DNA of 63,383 nucleotides, filler included, from an uncultured Methanosarcinales archaeon (GTDB lineage: Archaea; Nanobdellota; Nanobdellia; Woesearchaeales; CAYXTQ01): the NCBI GenBank assembly GCA_964608065.1. It is 3 parts of 3 records of this genome, joined end to end, with 100 filler letters (N's around TTAATTAATTAA, not from the genome) between each part and the next. Parts side by side here need not be neighbours in the genome. Positions count along the whole stretch, not along the records: positions 1 to 22,070 come from CAZSMA010000012.1; 2 more parts are not named here. The stretch is one strand, 5' to 3'. A program made the position numbers and the translations under genes. Below, piece after piece: positions 8,476 through 18,613 of this stretch (positions are counted from its first letter, which is position 1; each line of letters starts with the position of its first letter). The notes under the pieces are model-generated. The model searched no databases and was not told where the DNA came from. It saw nothing but the letters and a program-made list of their open reading frames with translations.

Positions 8476-10989
8476 ATGGTTAAGAAAATAAAGAAAGGAA
8501 TTAAGGTAAAAAAAAGTAAAAACAAGAAAACAAGAGAGAGAGAAAGAGAGAGAAAAAAAAAAGTAAAAAAACAGAAATGGATAGAATCCCATAAAATATT
8601 ATTTATATCTTTAATACTTTTCATTTCAATATTGCTGTTAATCTCTGGAACCAAATCCTGGCTGTATCTAAATCTTTTATTGGGTAATGATATAATCTTA
8701 AAACTTGATGTAGATAAAAGAGATATTAACATTTTGCACGGCCAAAATGATACAGTCAAGTTTGAAGCAAAGGTAACAACAAATCCTTTTTGCAACTCTA
8801 TCTGCACCTATTCTTTTATTGATATCAGCAATAATAATATCCTAGAGGAAGACCAATTTAAATTAAGACCTGGCTCTCCTTTTGAAAAGATATACTTTCT
8901 TAAGCCTAATATAAAAGGCGAGGGTTTGCTTTTATACAGGTTCGACATGGAATGCAATGGAATTAAAAATTTTTTTTGCCATACACATGAAGAACCATCT
9001 ACAAGGAGCATACTGATAACTTTATATTATGATTTAAACGAAGAAGAAGAAAAAATAAAACAAGAGTTTAAAGAAAAGACTGATAATTTATTGTTTAGAT
9101 TTAATAATCTTCAGAATGAACAAAATACTTTTGAGAATATTTCAAGTCAATTAGATATTTTGCTTTTTGAAGATGAAACAATCAATAATCAAGAAAAACT
9201 GGATATTCTAACACAAGAATTTAAGGACCTTCAAAAACTATGGGATAGCCAGGAATATTATAACTTATTAGAAGAATTAAAAAAAACAGATGAGGAAATT
9301 ACAGAAACAGAAAATATTTTTGAGGAATATGACAAAACTATAAACAATATTGTTTTAAAATACAATTCATTAGTGGATGATTTCACCAATATTAGAATTA
9401 AATTAGATGGAATGTCTTCTTTGTTTATTACTGATAACAAAACTTTCATTCAAATTAATGAATTTGTAGAAGATTTTAACCAGGCAACTGATGAATTTAA
9501 GATAAAATCTAATTTAAATAATAAGGAAGTTATTGTGCAGGATATTGACAATAGTGTAAATTTATTGAAAAGCCAATTAGAAACTACTATCAGGAAAGAA
9601 GTCTTAATAAAAGAGATGGAGCTTGATATTAATTATGATTCTTTATGTTTAATAATAGGTAACTGTTCTAATCATCCTAGTATCAGTGAGCGGGCTAATC
9701 AGTCATATTTTGATATGGGAAAAACATGCAGTAAAATTCAGGAGCTGAACAAAACCTTTAGCTTATTGAATGAATCATTATATCAGGATTATCTAAATGA
9801 AAATTATTCTGAGAGTCATGATTTCTGGAATAATATAAGCCAAAAACTAAAAAATATAAAAAATGATATAGTAATTGATTATTTAGAAAAAAATCCAGAA
9901 AATCAAATCAACACTGAAATTATTGAAGAGATTTTAACTGAGGAACAAGAGATTATAACAGAGGATTACAATGGTCTTAACATTACTTTGGCATTGTTTA
10001 TGGAATTAATAAGTAAAAAACCAGGAATTTGTAATATTGTAAATGAAACATTGCTTACTTTAGTTGAAGTTGATATCAATCAAGTAGTAATCGATAAACC
10101 TAAAGAAACTAGTTTAGATATCATTTTTAAAGAGCATGTCCCTGAATGCTGTTTTTTAAAAAAATGTAAAGATTGCTGCATTACAGAGGACTGCAATAAT
10201 AATAATTCATATTTCCCTGTGGTCTTCTTGCATGGCCACTCTATCAACGAGGGCACTTCAGCTGAGTACAGTCTTGAAGGTTTTAACAAAATTCAAAAAA
10301 AAATTGAACAAGATGGATACCTAAATGCAGGCACTATCACATTATTTTCAGGGACAGATTCACCACAAGGCATATGGGGTTTGCCTCAAATTCCATTGAC
10401 TATCAGGGCAAGTTATTATTTTGATGTTTTTAAACAGCCTGAAAACTATATAGTTGTTCAAACTAAAAGCGAGAATATTGATACTTATGCAATTAGGCTG
10501 AAAGATTTAATTGATACAATCAAATACAAAACCGGAAAACCTCAAGTAAACATTGTTGCTTTTAGCATGGGAGGATTAGTTGCAAGGAGATATATACAGA
10601 TATTTGGAATTGAAAGCACAAATAAATTAATAATGATAGGAACTCCAAATAAAGGCATTGTTGGAAACATATTAGATTATTGTCCAATAACTGGCGAAAA
10701 ATTGGAGTGCAGGGACATGAATTCTGAAAGTTTGTTTATAAATAAATTGAATTCAGGACCATTACCTAACATACCTATATACAATATTGTAGGGACAGGG
10801 TGCAAAATGGGTAAAAATCAAGGAGATGGTGCTGTGTTAGAGGAAAATGCCTATCTAGAAGGAGCTGAAAATTTTATTATTAATGGGACTTGCTCAACAA
10901 CAAAACCATTACATCTTAAGTTGAGAGATATTGATTTATATCAAAAAGTTTATTATATTATTATTGAAGCTTTAAAGGAAGAAATTTAA
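8476..10989 (+). CDS. Large membrane-anchored protein with coiled-coil stalk and C-terminal alpha/beta hydrolase (lipase/PGAP1-like)
   Basis: Basic N-tail plus TM, long helical region, Cys clusters, FLHGH oxyanion loop, AFSMGG nucleophile elbow, GTPNKG, GDG, late His. Confidence 0.75.
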   Translation: MVKKIKKGIKVKKSKNKKTRERERERKKKVKKQKWIESHKILFISLILFISILLLISGTKSWLYLNLLLGNDIILKLDVDKRDINILHGQNDTVKFEAKVTTNPFCNSICTYSFIDISNNNILEEDQFKLRPGSPFEKIYFLKPNIKGEGLLLYRFDMECNGIKNFFCHTHEEPSTRSILITLYYDLNEEEEKIKQEFKEKTDNLLFRFNNLQNEQNTFENISSQLDILLFEDETINNQEKLDILTQEFKDLQKLWDSQEYYNLLEELKKTDEEITETENIFEEYDKTINNIVLKYNSLVDDFTNIRIKLDGMSSLFITDNKTFIQINEFVEDFNQATDEFKIKSNLNNKEVIVQDIDNSVNLLKSQLETTIRKEVLIKEMELDINYDSLCLIIGNCSNHPSISERANQSYFDMGKTCSKIQELNKTFSLLNESLYQDYLNENYSESHDFWNNISQKLKNIKNDIVIDYLEKNPENQINTEIIEEILTEEQEIITEDYNGLNITLALFMELISKKPGICNIVNETLLTLVEVDINQVVIDKPKETSLDIIFKEHVPECCFLKKCKDCCITEDCNNNNSYFPVVFLHGHSINEGTSAEYSLEGFNKIQKKIEQDGYLNAGTITLFSGTDSPQGIWGLPQIPLTIRASYYFDVFKQPENYIVVQTKSENIDTYAIRLKDLIDTIKYKTGKPQVNIVAFSMGGLVARRYIQIFGIESTNKLIMIGTPNKGIVGNILDYCPITGEKLECRDMNSESLFINKLNSGPLPNIPIYNIVGTGCKMGKNQGDGAVLEENAYLEGAENFIINGTCSTTKPLHLKLRDIDLYQKVYYIIIEALKEEI

Positions 10990-11024
10990 AAAAAAAAAAA
11001 AACCTATTTGATTTGCCTTCAATT

Positions 11025-12011
11025 CTAATTAGATGAACTTTCCAATGCCTGATTAGCTATCTCTTCTGCAACATCTGCAGGTATGGCAAAACCCAAACCT
11101 TCTCCTGTTGAAATCTTAAATGTGTTTATTCCAACAACTTTTTTAGCTGCATTTACCAATGGTCCACCTGAATTTCCTTTGTTTATAGGAACATCTGTTT
11201 GAATATAACCAATTCCTGTATTATCAATCTTTCTTTCAATTGCGCTAATTATCCCTTCAGTAACAGTAAATGATAAACCTAATGGATTTCCAACAGCAAT
11301 CACTCTTTGTCCAACTTTGAAATCATCCTCAAATCTAAGATACTTAAATTCTTTTGAAGCAGTAATTTTAAGAACAGCAAGGTCAACATTTTTTGCAGCT
11401 CCAACTAATCTTGCTTCATATACTTGGGAATTATAATCAATAGCATAGATTTTATTTGCGCCTTCTATTACATGTTTGTTTGTCATAATGTAGCCTTCTT
11501 TGCTAAAAAAGAATCCGCTTCCCTGCACTTCATTTGTCTTTATGCTTACAACTGTCTGCATCACATCCTGTATAATACTTGAAAAATCGCTACTTTTTAC
11601 ATTTATACTATCAACCTTGTTTTCTATTTCATAATCCTTTTCTTCAAGACCTTTTATTTGTTTATCTACATTTGAAATTTGTGAATCTAAATCAAGCTGC
11701 AGTTTGTTTGTTTTTTGATTGATATAACCTTCAAGCCTTTCAAAATTATGTAGTGTTTTTTTCTCAAGCTCAAGCCTTTGTTCTTCGTTTAGTCTTTGCT
11801 GTTCTTCAATTTGTTTGATAACATGTGTAGTTGTCTGGTTAATTTTTAACATTGTTAATTCATTTTGTATTTCCATCTTTTTTTCTAGCTCTCTCTGGTC
11901 ATTTTTTATCATATTAAACTGATATACTTGTATAGAAATGAGTATTAAAAACAATAGAAAAACTATGATTCCTGCAACAATCCATCTTTTTTTACTATGC
12001 TTCATCTTCAT
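11025..12011 (-). CDS. HtrA/DegP-like trypsin serine protease, TM plus coiled coil, no PDZ
   Basis: GSGF, TNKHVI, DLAVLK, IQTDVPINKGNSGGPL. Confidence 0.9.
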   Translation of the reverse strand: MKMKHSKKRWIVAGIIVFLLFLILISIQVYQFNMIKNDQRELEKKMEIQNELTMLKINQTTTHVIKQIEEQQRLNEEQRLELEKKTLHNFERLEGYINQKTNKLQLDLDSQISNVDKQIKGLEEKDYEIENKVDSINVKSSDFSSIIQDVMQTVVSIKTNEVQGSGFFFSKEGYIMTNKHVIEGANKIYAIDYNSQVYEARLVGAAKNVDLAVLKITASKEFKYLRFEDDFKVGQRVIAVGNPLGLSFTVTEGIISAIERKIDNTGIGYIQTDVPINKGNSGGPLVNAAKKVVGINTFKISTGEGLGFAIPADVAEEIANQALESSSN

Positions 12012-12051
12012 GGTATCATTATCTATTAACTGTTTTTAAGCTTTTTCTTTT

Positions 12052-14838
12052 TTAATAAATTACTTGTGAAGCAACAACAGCAAAACTTTGTCCTCCGCTT
12101 ACTTTTATTTTTTTTGCTAGAACATTGATATTATAGTTACCTTCTTCTGCTTTAGGAATAATCACTCTTTCAACTACATTATTATCTAATCTAGAATCTT
12201 TTGCTATTGGGTTTTCCAAACTTTGTTTACCGTCTTTAGTAAACGTATTTCCAAAATACACTTTGCCTGAGGGTGAAACTACTTTCAAATCTAGATTATT
12301 CTGAAGAACCTCCGGAGCAGGGTCAGTCCAGGCCAAAGTTATTTTTATCGGTTTATTTTTTAAAAATTTAAGTGAAAATGTTACAACATCTCCTGTTTTA
12401 CTTACTAAATTATTGTCAGAAAACCATATATGTTTTTGATTATTTCCTGGAAATAAGGATTCTTCTATGTTTACAAGACCCCAACCTTCACACATATTAG
12501 GATAACCATTGCAATTAACTTCTTTCTGAGCTTTAAATTTAAGACCAGTATCTTGGTCAGGCAAATCTTTTGCACCATTTATTAATGTCGCTTTTATCAA
12601 AGCAGAGCTTGGATTTTTATGATTTTTAATTTTTTTGTAATATTCCCTAATAATAGCAACTAATCCTGCAACATGCGGTGTAGCCATACTTGTACCACTA
12701 TTAAACATATAAAAAGTATCTTTCTCTTTAGCGTTCAAATAACTTGGTAAACCTTTAGCAACACAGTTTTCATGAGTTACATTAACTTTCTTTTCATTAA
12801 TTTCATTTCCTATTACACTTTTTACTATTTTCCCGTCTAAACAAACACTTGATCTAGCTGATAAAATATAAGTTCCAGGAGCAACAACATCCGGCTTAAT
12901 TCTTCCTGATATATCATCTCCTTTACTACTAAAGCTTGCTACTTTGTTTGGATTATTTGTTGGAGAGCTTTTTCTTGATGTTTCTGTAGCACCAACAATT
13001 ATAGCGTTTTTTGATCTTGCAGGATTACCTAATGAATCACCGCCGCGCTGCATCACTTCTTTGTCATAAGACTTAAAATTAGCATAATTACCTGCTGCAA
13101 ACAAAACTACTGTATTTTTATTGTTCCATAAATAATCGTCAATATCAGCCACTTTTGGTGTATATTGTCCTTGACAAACACTCCAACTATTGCTATGTAT
13201 TGTTGCTCCTTTAAACATAGAAATATAATCTGATGGAACTCCTCCAAGACCCATTAATCCATAAGCTTTTTTAATATTTTTACCTTTTTCATCAACTTCA
13301 GCTTTACCAAAACAATAGTGTGGAGATTGTTTTGTTTCACCTTTATTTTTTACTTCATTACCAACAGCCTGGAAGATTAATTTTGCCTTAAAAGCAGACC
13401 CTTTTTGTTTACCTTGTGATGATTTACCTGTTCCAACTGCACTTGCAGCTACATGTGTGCCATGTCCAGATAGATCTTGTTTTATACCTGTGCCCATATC
13501 TAAAATATCAATGACTTGTCCTTTTAAATCAGGATGTAGTGTTTGTATATTGCCATTATCCAACCCAGAATCAGCTATTGTAATTATTTCTCCATCTCCT
13601 TGTAAACCAAACTTAGTATTAACTACATTAGCTTTAGTTATCATTCCAGTATATTCGTTTGTGTAATGTAATACTGGTTTAGGATTTATAAGATTTATAT
13701 CAGTAATCAATATTAAATCTATTAGTTTAGATTGACTTATTTCAACTTCTAACATATCTTCATTAGCCTTTATTATTTTTCCTTCTAATCCCTCTATATT
13801 TAATCTTACTTCATCTATGTTTTCATATACATAAACATCTAAAATTATAGGTTCCTTAGTATTAATCAGGCTTCCATTTTCATAAATAAATCTATTCAAA
13901 AATAATTCAGGTATTATTCTATTTGCTGGTTGATAAATCCCAACTGCTCTAACTTCTTTTTTAGCTTTTATTTGATCTTTAGTTAAATCGGATTTAACTA
14001 TATAAACATCCCCTTCAAACATATCCATCTTTTTGCTATTAGTTGATTTAAAGAAATTATCCAGATTAGAATAATCAAAATCTTCAACAAACTGAACAAA
14101 ATAATAACCAGTTTCTTCTGTTACAGTAATATTTGGTATATATTTTTCTTTTTCTGTCAAAGGATCAAAAATTCCTGCTCTAAGGAAGATATTATGGTCA
14201 CAAGCATAGCCTTTTCCATCTCCGTCTTTATCATATTGGTAGGGATTGAAATCTTGAACACAATTGTCAATATTATCTGGTACTTTATCACCATCTAAGT
14301 CTTCAATAATAGATTCGGCAGAATATTTAGGAGTACAACCAATTATTAAAAATATAAAAAAAATTAACAGAAATATCAAAACATTTTTCTTATTTCTTTC
14401 TCGGGTTTTCCTCCTCCTGTATAATCTAATAAGTCCCTTTACAATAAAATAACTCAAAGGTGAAATAACAACAGCTAAAATAAAATTACCAACTAAAAAC
14501 CTTCTAGAAAAATTGTAGATTTGATCCAATATAACTATATTATATTTAACAACAGGAACAGAACCAAAAAGTAAATCCCCTATCTTATAACTTAACCAGT
14601 ATATCGGTATTAACGTTAGTGTATTCCATACAGCCATTGCAATGAACAATGAAAATTTGTTTACTTTTTTATATATTAAAACAACCAATAAACCCAATAA
14701 AATATTAAATCCAGGTGTTGGTAAAATACTTATGAATGTTCCTATTGTAAACCCTAAAGCTATTGAATGCTCAGATTTCTTTGTCATCATAACTTCATGG
14801 AAGTGATGCTTTAATTTTTCTTTTAATTTATTAATCAT
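12052..14838 (-). CDS. DUF2062-like membrane domain fused to TSP3-like repeat and S8 subtilase (Kp43-like)
   Basis: N-terminal SIALGFTIGTFISILPTPG domain; DLDGDKVPDNIDNC..DKDGDGKGYACD; triad ADSG, GHGTHVA, SGTSMA; C-terminal TLAWTD..NNLDL jelly-roll. Confidence 0.85.
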   Translation of the reverse strand: MINKLKEKLKHHFHEVMMTKKSEHSIALGFTIGTFISILPTPGFNILLGLLVVLIYKKVNKFSLFIAMAVWNTLTLIPIYWLSYKIGDLLFGSVPVVKYNIVILDQIYNFSRRFLVGNFILAVVISPLSYFIVKGLIRLYRRRKTRERNKKNVLIFLLIFFIFLIIGCTPKYSAESIIEDLDGDKVPDNIDNCVQDFNPYQYDKDGDGKGYACDHNIFLRAGIFDPLTEKEKYIPNITVTEETGYYFVQFVEDFDYSNLDNFFKSTNSKKMDMFEGDVYIVKSDLTKDQIKAKKEVRAVGIYQPANRIIPELFLNRFIYENGSLINTKEPIILDVYVYENIDEVRLNIEGLEGKIIKANEDMLEVEISQSKLIDLILITDINLINPKPVLHYTNEYTGMITKANVVNTKFGLQGDGEIITIADSGLDNGNIQTLHPDLKGQVIDILDMGTGIKQDLSGHGTHVAASAVGTGKSSQGKQKGSAFKAKLIFQAVGNEVKNKGETKQSPHYCFGKAEVDEKGKNIKKAYGLMGLGGVPSDYISMFKGATIHSNSWSVCQGQYTPKVADIDDYLWNNKNTVVLFAAGNYANFKSYDKEVMQRGGDSLGNPARSKNAIIVGATETSRKSSPTNNPNKVASFSSKGDDISGRIKPDVVAPGTYILSARSSVCLDGKIVKSVIGNEINEKKVNVTHENCVAKGLPSYLNAKEKDTFYMFNSGTSMATPHVAGLVAIIREYYKKIKNHKNPSSALIKATLINGAKDLPDQDTGLKFKAQKEVNCNGYPNMCEGWGLVNIEESLFPGNNQKHIWFSDNNLVSKTGDVVTFSLKFLKNKPIKITLAWTDPAPEVLQNNLDLKVVSPSGKVYFGNTFTKDGKQSLENPIAKDSRLDNNVVERVIIPKAEEGNYNINVLAKKIKVSGGQSFAVVASQVIY

Positions 14839-14922
14839 ATTGTGGTAATGTTAGATATCTTAATATAACTAACCTATGTTTTAGAAAACTTTTTAAACAA
14901 ACGAATTCAACTTAATCAAGAA

Positions 14923-16143
14923 ATGGTATTAAGTACACAAATTATGGTTTTAGTTATTTTATTATTTTTCTCAGGTTTCTTCTCAGGCTCAGAAGTAGCT
15001 TTAATATCATTATCAAGGCACAGAGTAAGGATTATGGTTGAGAACAAAAAACTAGGTTCCTCATTTGTAAAAAAACTGAAAGACAACCCTCAGAGGATGC
15101 TTTCAACAATATTGATTGGAAACAATATAGCAAATATTGCAGCATCTGCAATAATGACTACTATAGCAATAGACTTGTTTGAAAGCTATGCAGTAGCTAT
15201 TGCAACAGGTATTATGACTTTTTTAATCCTGGTTTTTGGAGAAATAACACCAAAATCACTGGCAACAAAGCATAATGAATCAGTATCTCAGCTAACTGCA
15301 GCCCCCATATGGTATATTAGCATCATTCTCTTTCCAATCTTATTCATTCTGGACAAATTCATCAAAATCATAGGAATAAAAGCAAAAGAGCCATCAATAA
15401 CAGAAGATGAGATAATCAGCATGGTAAACACAGCAAAAGACGAAGGCTCTATAAACGATACTGAAAGAAATATGATAAACAAGATATTTGAATTTGATGA
15501 TATTAATGTAAATGAGATAGCAACTCCAAGAATAGATATGGTCACTATCTCTTTAAACTCAAATATCGATGATGCAATAAAAATAATGCAGAGAAAAAAA
15601 TATTCAAGAATACCTGTTTATGAAAAATCTAAAGACAAGATTGTTGGAATCATATATGGAAAAGACCTTATAAAATATGTTGGTAAAAAAATAATGATCA
15701 GCAAAGTCATGAAACCTCCTTATTTTGTTCCTGAAACAAAGAAAATAAGCAATTTATTGAGAAACTTCCAGAAAAGAAAAGAGCAAATGGCTATTGTTGT
15801 TGATGAACACGGTGCTATAACAGGATTAGTTACACTTGAAAATGTTCTTGAGGAAATTGTAGGAGAAATAATGGATGAAACAGAGAAGATAATGCCAAAT
15901 ATAAAGAAAATAAAAAAAAACACATGGATAGTTACAGGAAAATGTGATATTGATGAAGTCAATGAAAAACTTAAGATGAACATCAAAGATAATCCTCATT
16001 ACGACACTTTCAGCGGCTTTATACTGAATCATACTGGCAAAATTCCCAAAGAAGGAGAAGAAATAACCTATAACAAATTTAAATTAAAGATTGAAGAACT
16101 AACAGGCCAGAGAATTTCTAAGGTTAAGGTTGAACAGTTTTAA
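14923..16143 (+). CDS. CNNM/CorC-HlyC (DUF21-CBS) Mg2+ efflux-type protein
   Basis: FFSGSEVAL, ILIGNN, GEITPK, CBS pair (YSRIPVY, VVDEHG) and C-terminal CorC domain. Confidence 0.92.
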   Translation: MVLSTQIMVLVILLFFSGFFSGSEVALISLSRHRVRIMVENKKLGSSFVKKLKDNPQRMLSTILIGNNIANIAASAIMTTIAIDLFESYAVAIATGIMTFLILVFGEITPKSLATKHNESVSQLTAAPIWYISIILFPILFILDKFIKIIGIKAKEPSITEDEIISMVNTAKDEGSINDTERNMINKIFEFDDINVNEIATPRIDMVTISLNSNIDDAIKIMQRKKYSRIPVYEKSKDKIVGIIYGKDLIKYVGKKIMISKVMKPPYFVPETKKISNLLRNFQKRKEQMAIVVDEHGAITGLVTLENVLEEIVGEIMDETEKIMPNIKKIKKNTWIVTGKCDIDEVNEKLKMNIKDNPHYDTFSGFILNHTGKIPKEGEEITYNKFKLKIEELTGQRISKVKVEQF

Positions 16144-16787
16144 TTTTTCTTAAATAATTTAGGGTTTTCTTCTACAAAATGGTTTATCAAGTGCTTGAAT
16201 AGTAATGAAGGCCCACCTTTGACATAGAAATATCCTACTATTGCGGCTATCAAACCACCTATGCTGTTTACAATCAAGTCCCACATGGTATCTATAAGCC
16301 CTGATTTCTGCATGTTAAATCCAAAAAAAGAGTCAACAGCAAACTCATAAATCTCCCATGTGGCTCCTATTGCAAGGGCAAAGCAAAATGAAAATAATGC
16401 AATTAGGATAGGGCTAGTCTTTACTTTTTTTTCATGATATAGGACATACATTATCAAAAATCCAATAAAACCTAAAGCAATAGCTGATGCAAAATGTAAA
16501 ATAACATCCCACCACCATATACTGGTGTAATATCCTTTAATGCCCCCCAAGTATAAAGCAGCATAAATAAATAGTATTATTATGAATTCTAATTCTGCTG
16601 GGAGGTATATCTTGTAGTTCCTTTCTATTAGTGCAGGCAGGAAAGTAAGCCCAAGGGCTAATGAACTGAAGAAAACAACTTCCCAGTTTTTGTTCCATAT
16701 GGCACCAATTATAGCTATTATAATTGATAAACGCAGAATATATGATACTATAATCTGTATTTTTTCAGTTATAGGCTCTTTTTTCAT
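16140..16787 (-). CDS. Integral membrane protein (DUF2238-like)
   Basis: WWWDVILHF, WEIYEF, DTMWDL motifs; multiple TMs. Confidence 0.7.
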   Translation of the reverse strand: MKKEPITEKIQIIVSYILRLSIIIAIIGAIWNKNWEVVFFSSLALGLTFLPALIERNYKIYLPAELEFIIILFIYAALYLGGIKGYYTSIWWWDVILHFASAIALGFIGFLIMYVLYHEKKVKTSPILIALFSFCFALAIGATWEIYEFAVDSFFGFNMQKSGLIDTMWDLIVNSIGGLIAAIVGYFYVKGGPSLLFKHLINHFVEENPKLFKKN

Positions 16788-17455
16788 GTTTTTTTTATTA
16801 ATTTAGTTTTTTTTATTTCAAGTGTGCCGTAATAGTTTTTATAATACTTTTTTGTTTCTAATATTTTTATTTTGTATTTGTGTAAAGGGGAGTCTATTAC
16901 AAACGTCTCTAATTCTCCACCTTCTCCTGCAGGATTAATTATCTTTTTTATTTTTTCCAACTCTTTCAAAGTTTTATTATTAATCTCTTTGCCTAACCAT
17001 TCTTTGCCTAAAGGATAGCCTGCTACACCAATTATAATGACCTTGAATTTATTTTTAATAATCTCTTTCAACAACTCAATCTGATCATTTCCCCACAAAG
17101 GATTAACACATTTCAACTTCAACTCATCACAAATCTTCTGAACTCTTAGTTTTTGATAATTAGAAGCAACAGCACCTGTAACTATTCCTTCAATCTTATA
17201 TTTATCCTTAGCAATACGTATAGCTTTCTTCAGATCTTTCAATTCTTTTTCTTTCTCACCTTTGCTTTTAACTTTAACAATAGGAATCTCTAAAGCTTTA
17301 GCTTGAATATCAACTAACTCAATATTAGGAGTATGGAACATATAGCTTTCTTTATTCTCAGGAATAACACTGATTAAACATTTTATTTCTCCTTTAGCCT
17401 TGTACATAGCAAAACAAGAATCTTTACCTCCTGAAAACAAAACTCCTAGTTTCAT
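16784..17455 (-). CDS. dph6: Diphthine-ammonia ligase (Dph6 family PP-loop ATPase)
   Basis: SGGKDS, SYMFH, GAVASNYQ, PLW, GEGGELET. Confidence 0.9.
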   Translation of the reverse strand: MKLGVLFSGGKDSCFAMYKAKGEIKCLISVIPENKESYMFHTPNIELVDIQAKALEIPIVKVKSKGEKEKELKDLKKAIRIAKDKYKIEGIVTGAVASNYQKLRVQKICDELKLKCVNPLWGNDQIELLKEIIKNKFKVIIIGVAGYPLGKEWLGKEINNKTLKELEKIKKIINPAGEGGELETFVIDSPLHKYKIKILETKKYYKNYYGTLEIKKTKLIKKT

Positions 17456-17580
17456 AATTAAACTAAAATTTCAGAATGTTATATAAATATATTGGAATAT
17501 AACTTCAACTACAATTGAAGTGTAAATAATGTTTAAATACTACCTTTCTTTACTAATTCCTAACATAAACTTTAGTTGAG

Positions 17581-18009
17581 GTGAATAATATGAAAAAATA
17601 CATTATAATCGGATTGTTAATTTGTGCTTTAGTAGTTGGTTGTACTGAAACCGTAAAAACTGAAATCAACAGCTTTGAAGAATGCATTGCAGCAGGCAAC
17701 CCAGTTATAGAAGGTAATCAAAGGCAATGCAAAGACGGAGACAATATATTTATTGAAGATATTGATGAAACACCAAGCGAAATAACTATTGAACAAGCAG
17801 GGTCAATAGCACAAGACAGTGAATGCACAGAAAAAGGAACATTAACAGATATTTATATGTATAATGAAGTTACAAAAACATGGTGGATAGATTTAACAAT
17901 GAAGCCAGAGTTTGAGAACGAACTTTGCTTTCCAGCATGTGTTATATCAGAAGAAACCAAAACAGCAGAAATCAATTATAGGTGTACAGGAGCATTACTT
18001 CCTGAATAG
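17581..18009 (+). CDS. Cys-rich putative lipoprotein
   Basis: MKKY plus hydrophobic core and LVVGC lipobox; INSFEECIAAGNPV module; TWWIDL..CFPACVI..EINYRCTG. Confidence 0.7.
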   Translation: MNNMKKYIIIGLLICALVVGCTETVKTEINSFEECIAAGNPVIEGNQRQCKDGDNIFIEDIDETPSEITIEQAGSIAQDSECTEKGTLTDIYMYNEVTKTWWIDLTMKPEFENELCFPACVISEETKTAEINYRCTGALLPE

Positions 18010-18070
18010 TTTTTTTTATTTATTTAAATATATAAATTAAAATATAAAGAAATAAAAATAAAAAAAATAA

Positions 18071-18514
18071 TTACTTAACACACTTACAAGCCTTATAACC
18101 TTTGTTTACTGCTGCAGCTTTTGACTTGAATGTAAGCTTGCTCTTTGGCTTTATGTTCTGTGCAAATGGACAATGTGGTATATGGTAACCCTTACCTTCT
18201 TTTGAAGCAACAAATCTCTTCTTAGCATACTTTGTAATTGTTTTTACTATTGTTTTAGGTTTGCTTCTTATTGTCTTTATAATTGTTTTTGGTTTTGACC
18301 TTATAGTCTTGATTATTGTCTTTGGTTTAACATCTTTTTTAGAGATTATTTTAATATGCCCATATAGTTTTTCTTGATAAGTTTTTAACCCATCTAACAT
18401 CTCCATTATTCTTTCCTGAGCTTCGCTTAAAGAAACAATCTCATTCTTTACTTTTATAATATCGTTCTTACATAGTCTGAATGAATGCATAACATTTTCT
18501 TCTATTTTTTTCAT
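18071..18514 (-). CDS. Coiled-coil protein with basic tandem repeats and C-terminal Ada-like metal-binding domain
   Basis: YHIPHCPFAQNI...GYKACKC; KPKTIIKTIRS repeats. Confidence 0.7.
   Translation of the reverse strand: MKKIEENVMHSFRLCKNDIIKVKNEIVSLSEAQERIMEMLDGLKTYQEKLYGHIKIISKKDVKPKTIIKTIRSKPKTIIKTIRSKPKTIVKTITKYAKKRFVASKEGKGYHIPHCPFAQNIKPKSKLTFKSKAAAVNKGYKACKCVK
18236..18328 (-). repeat. Intragenic 33-bp (11-aa) tandem repeat, about 2.8 copies
   Basis: KPKTIIKTIRS-KPKTIIKTIRS-KPKTIVKTI, with synonymous divergence at DNA level. Confidence 0.8.
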
Positions 18515-18613
18515 ATTAATACCCCCTATATATTAGATTATTAATATCAGAATGAACTTCCATTTATAAACCTTTCGTTTTTGTATTATTTAATAGTAGT
18601 AACAAACCTAGAA

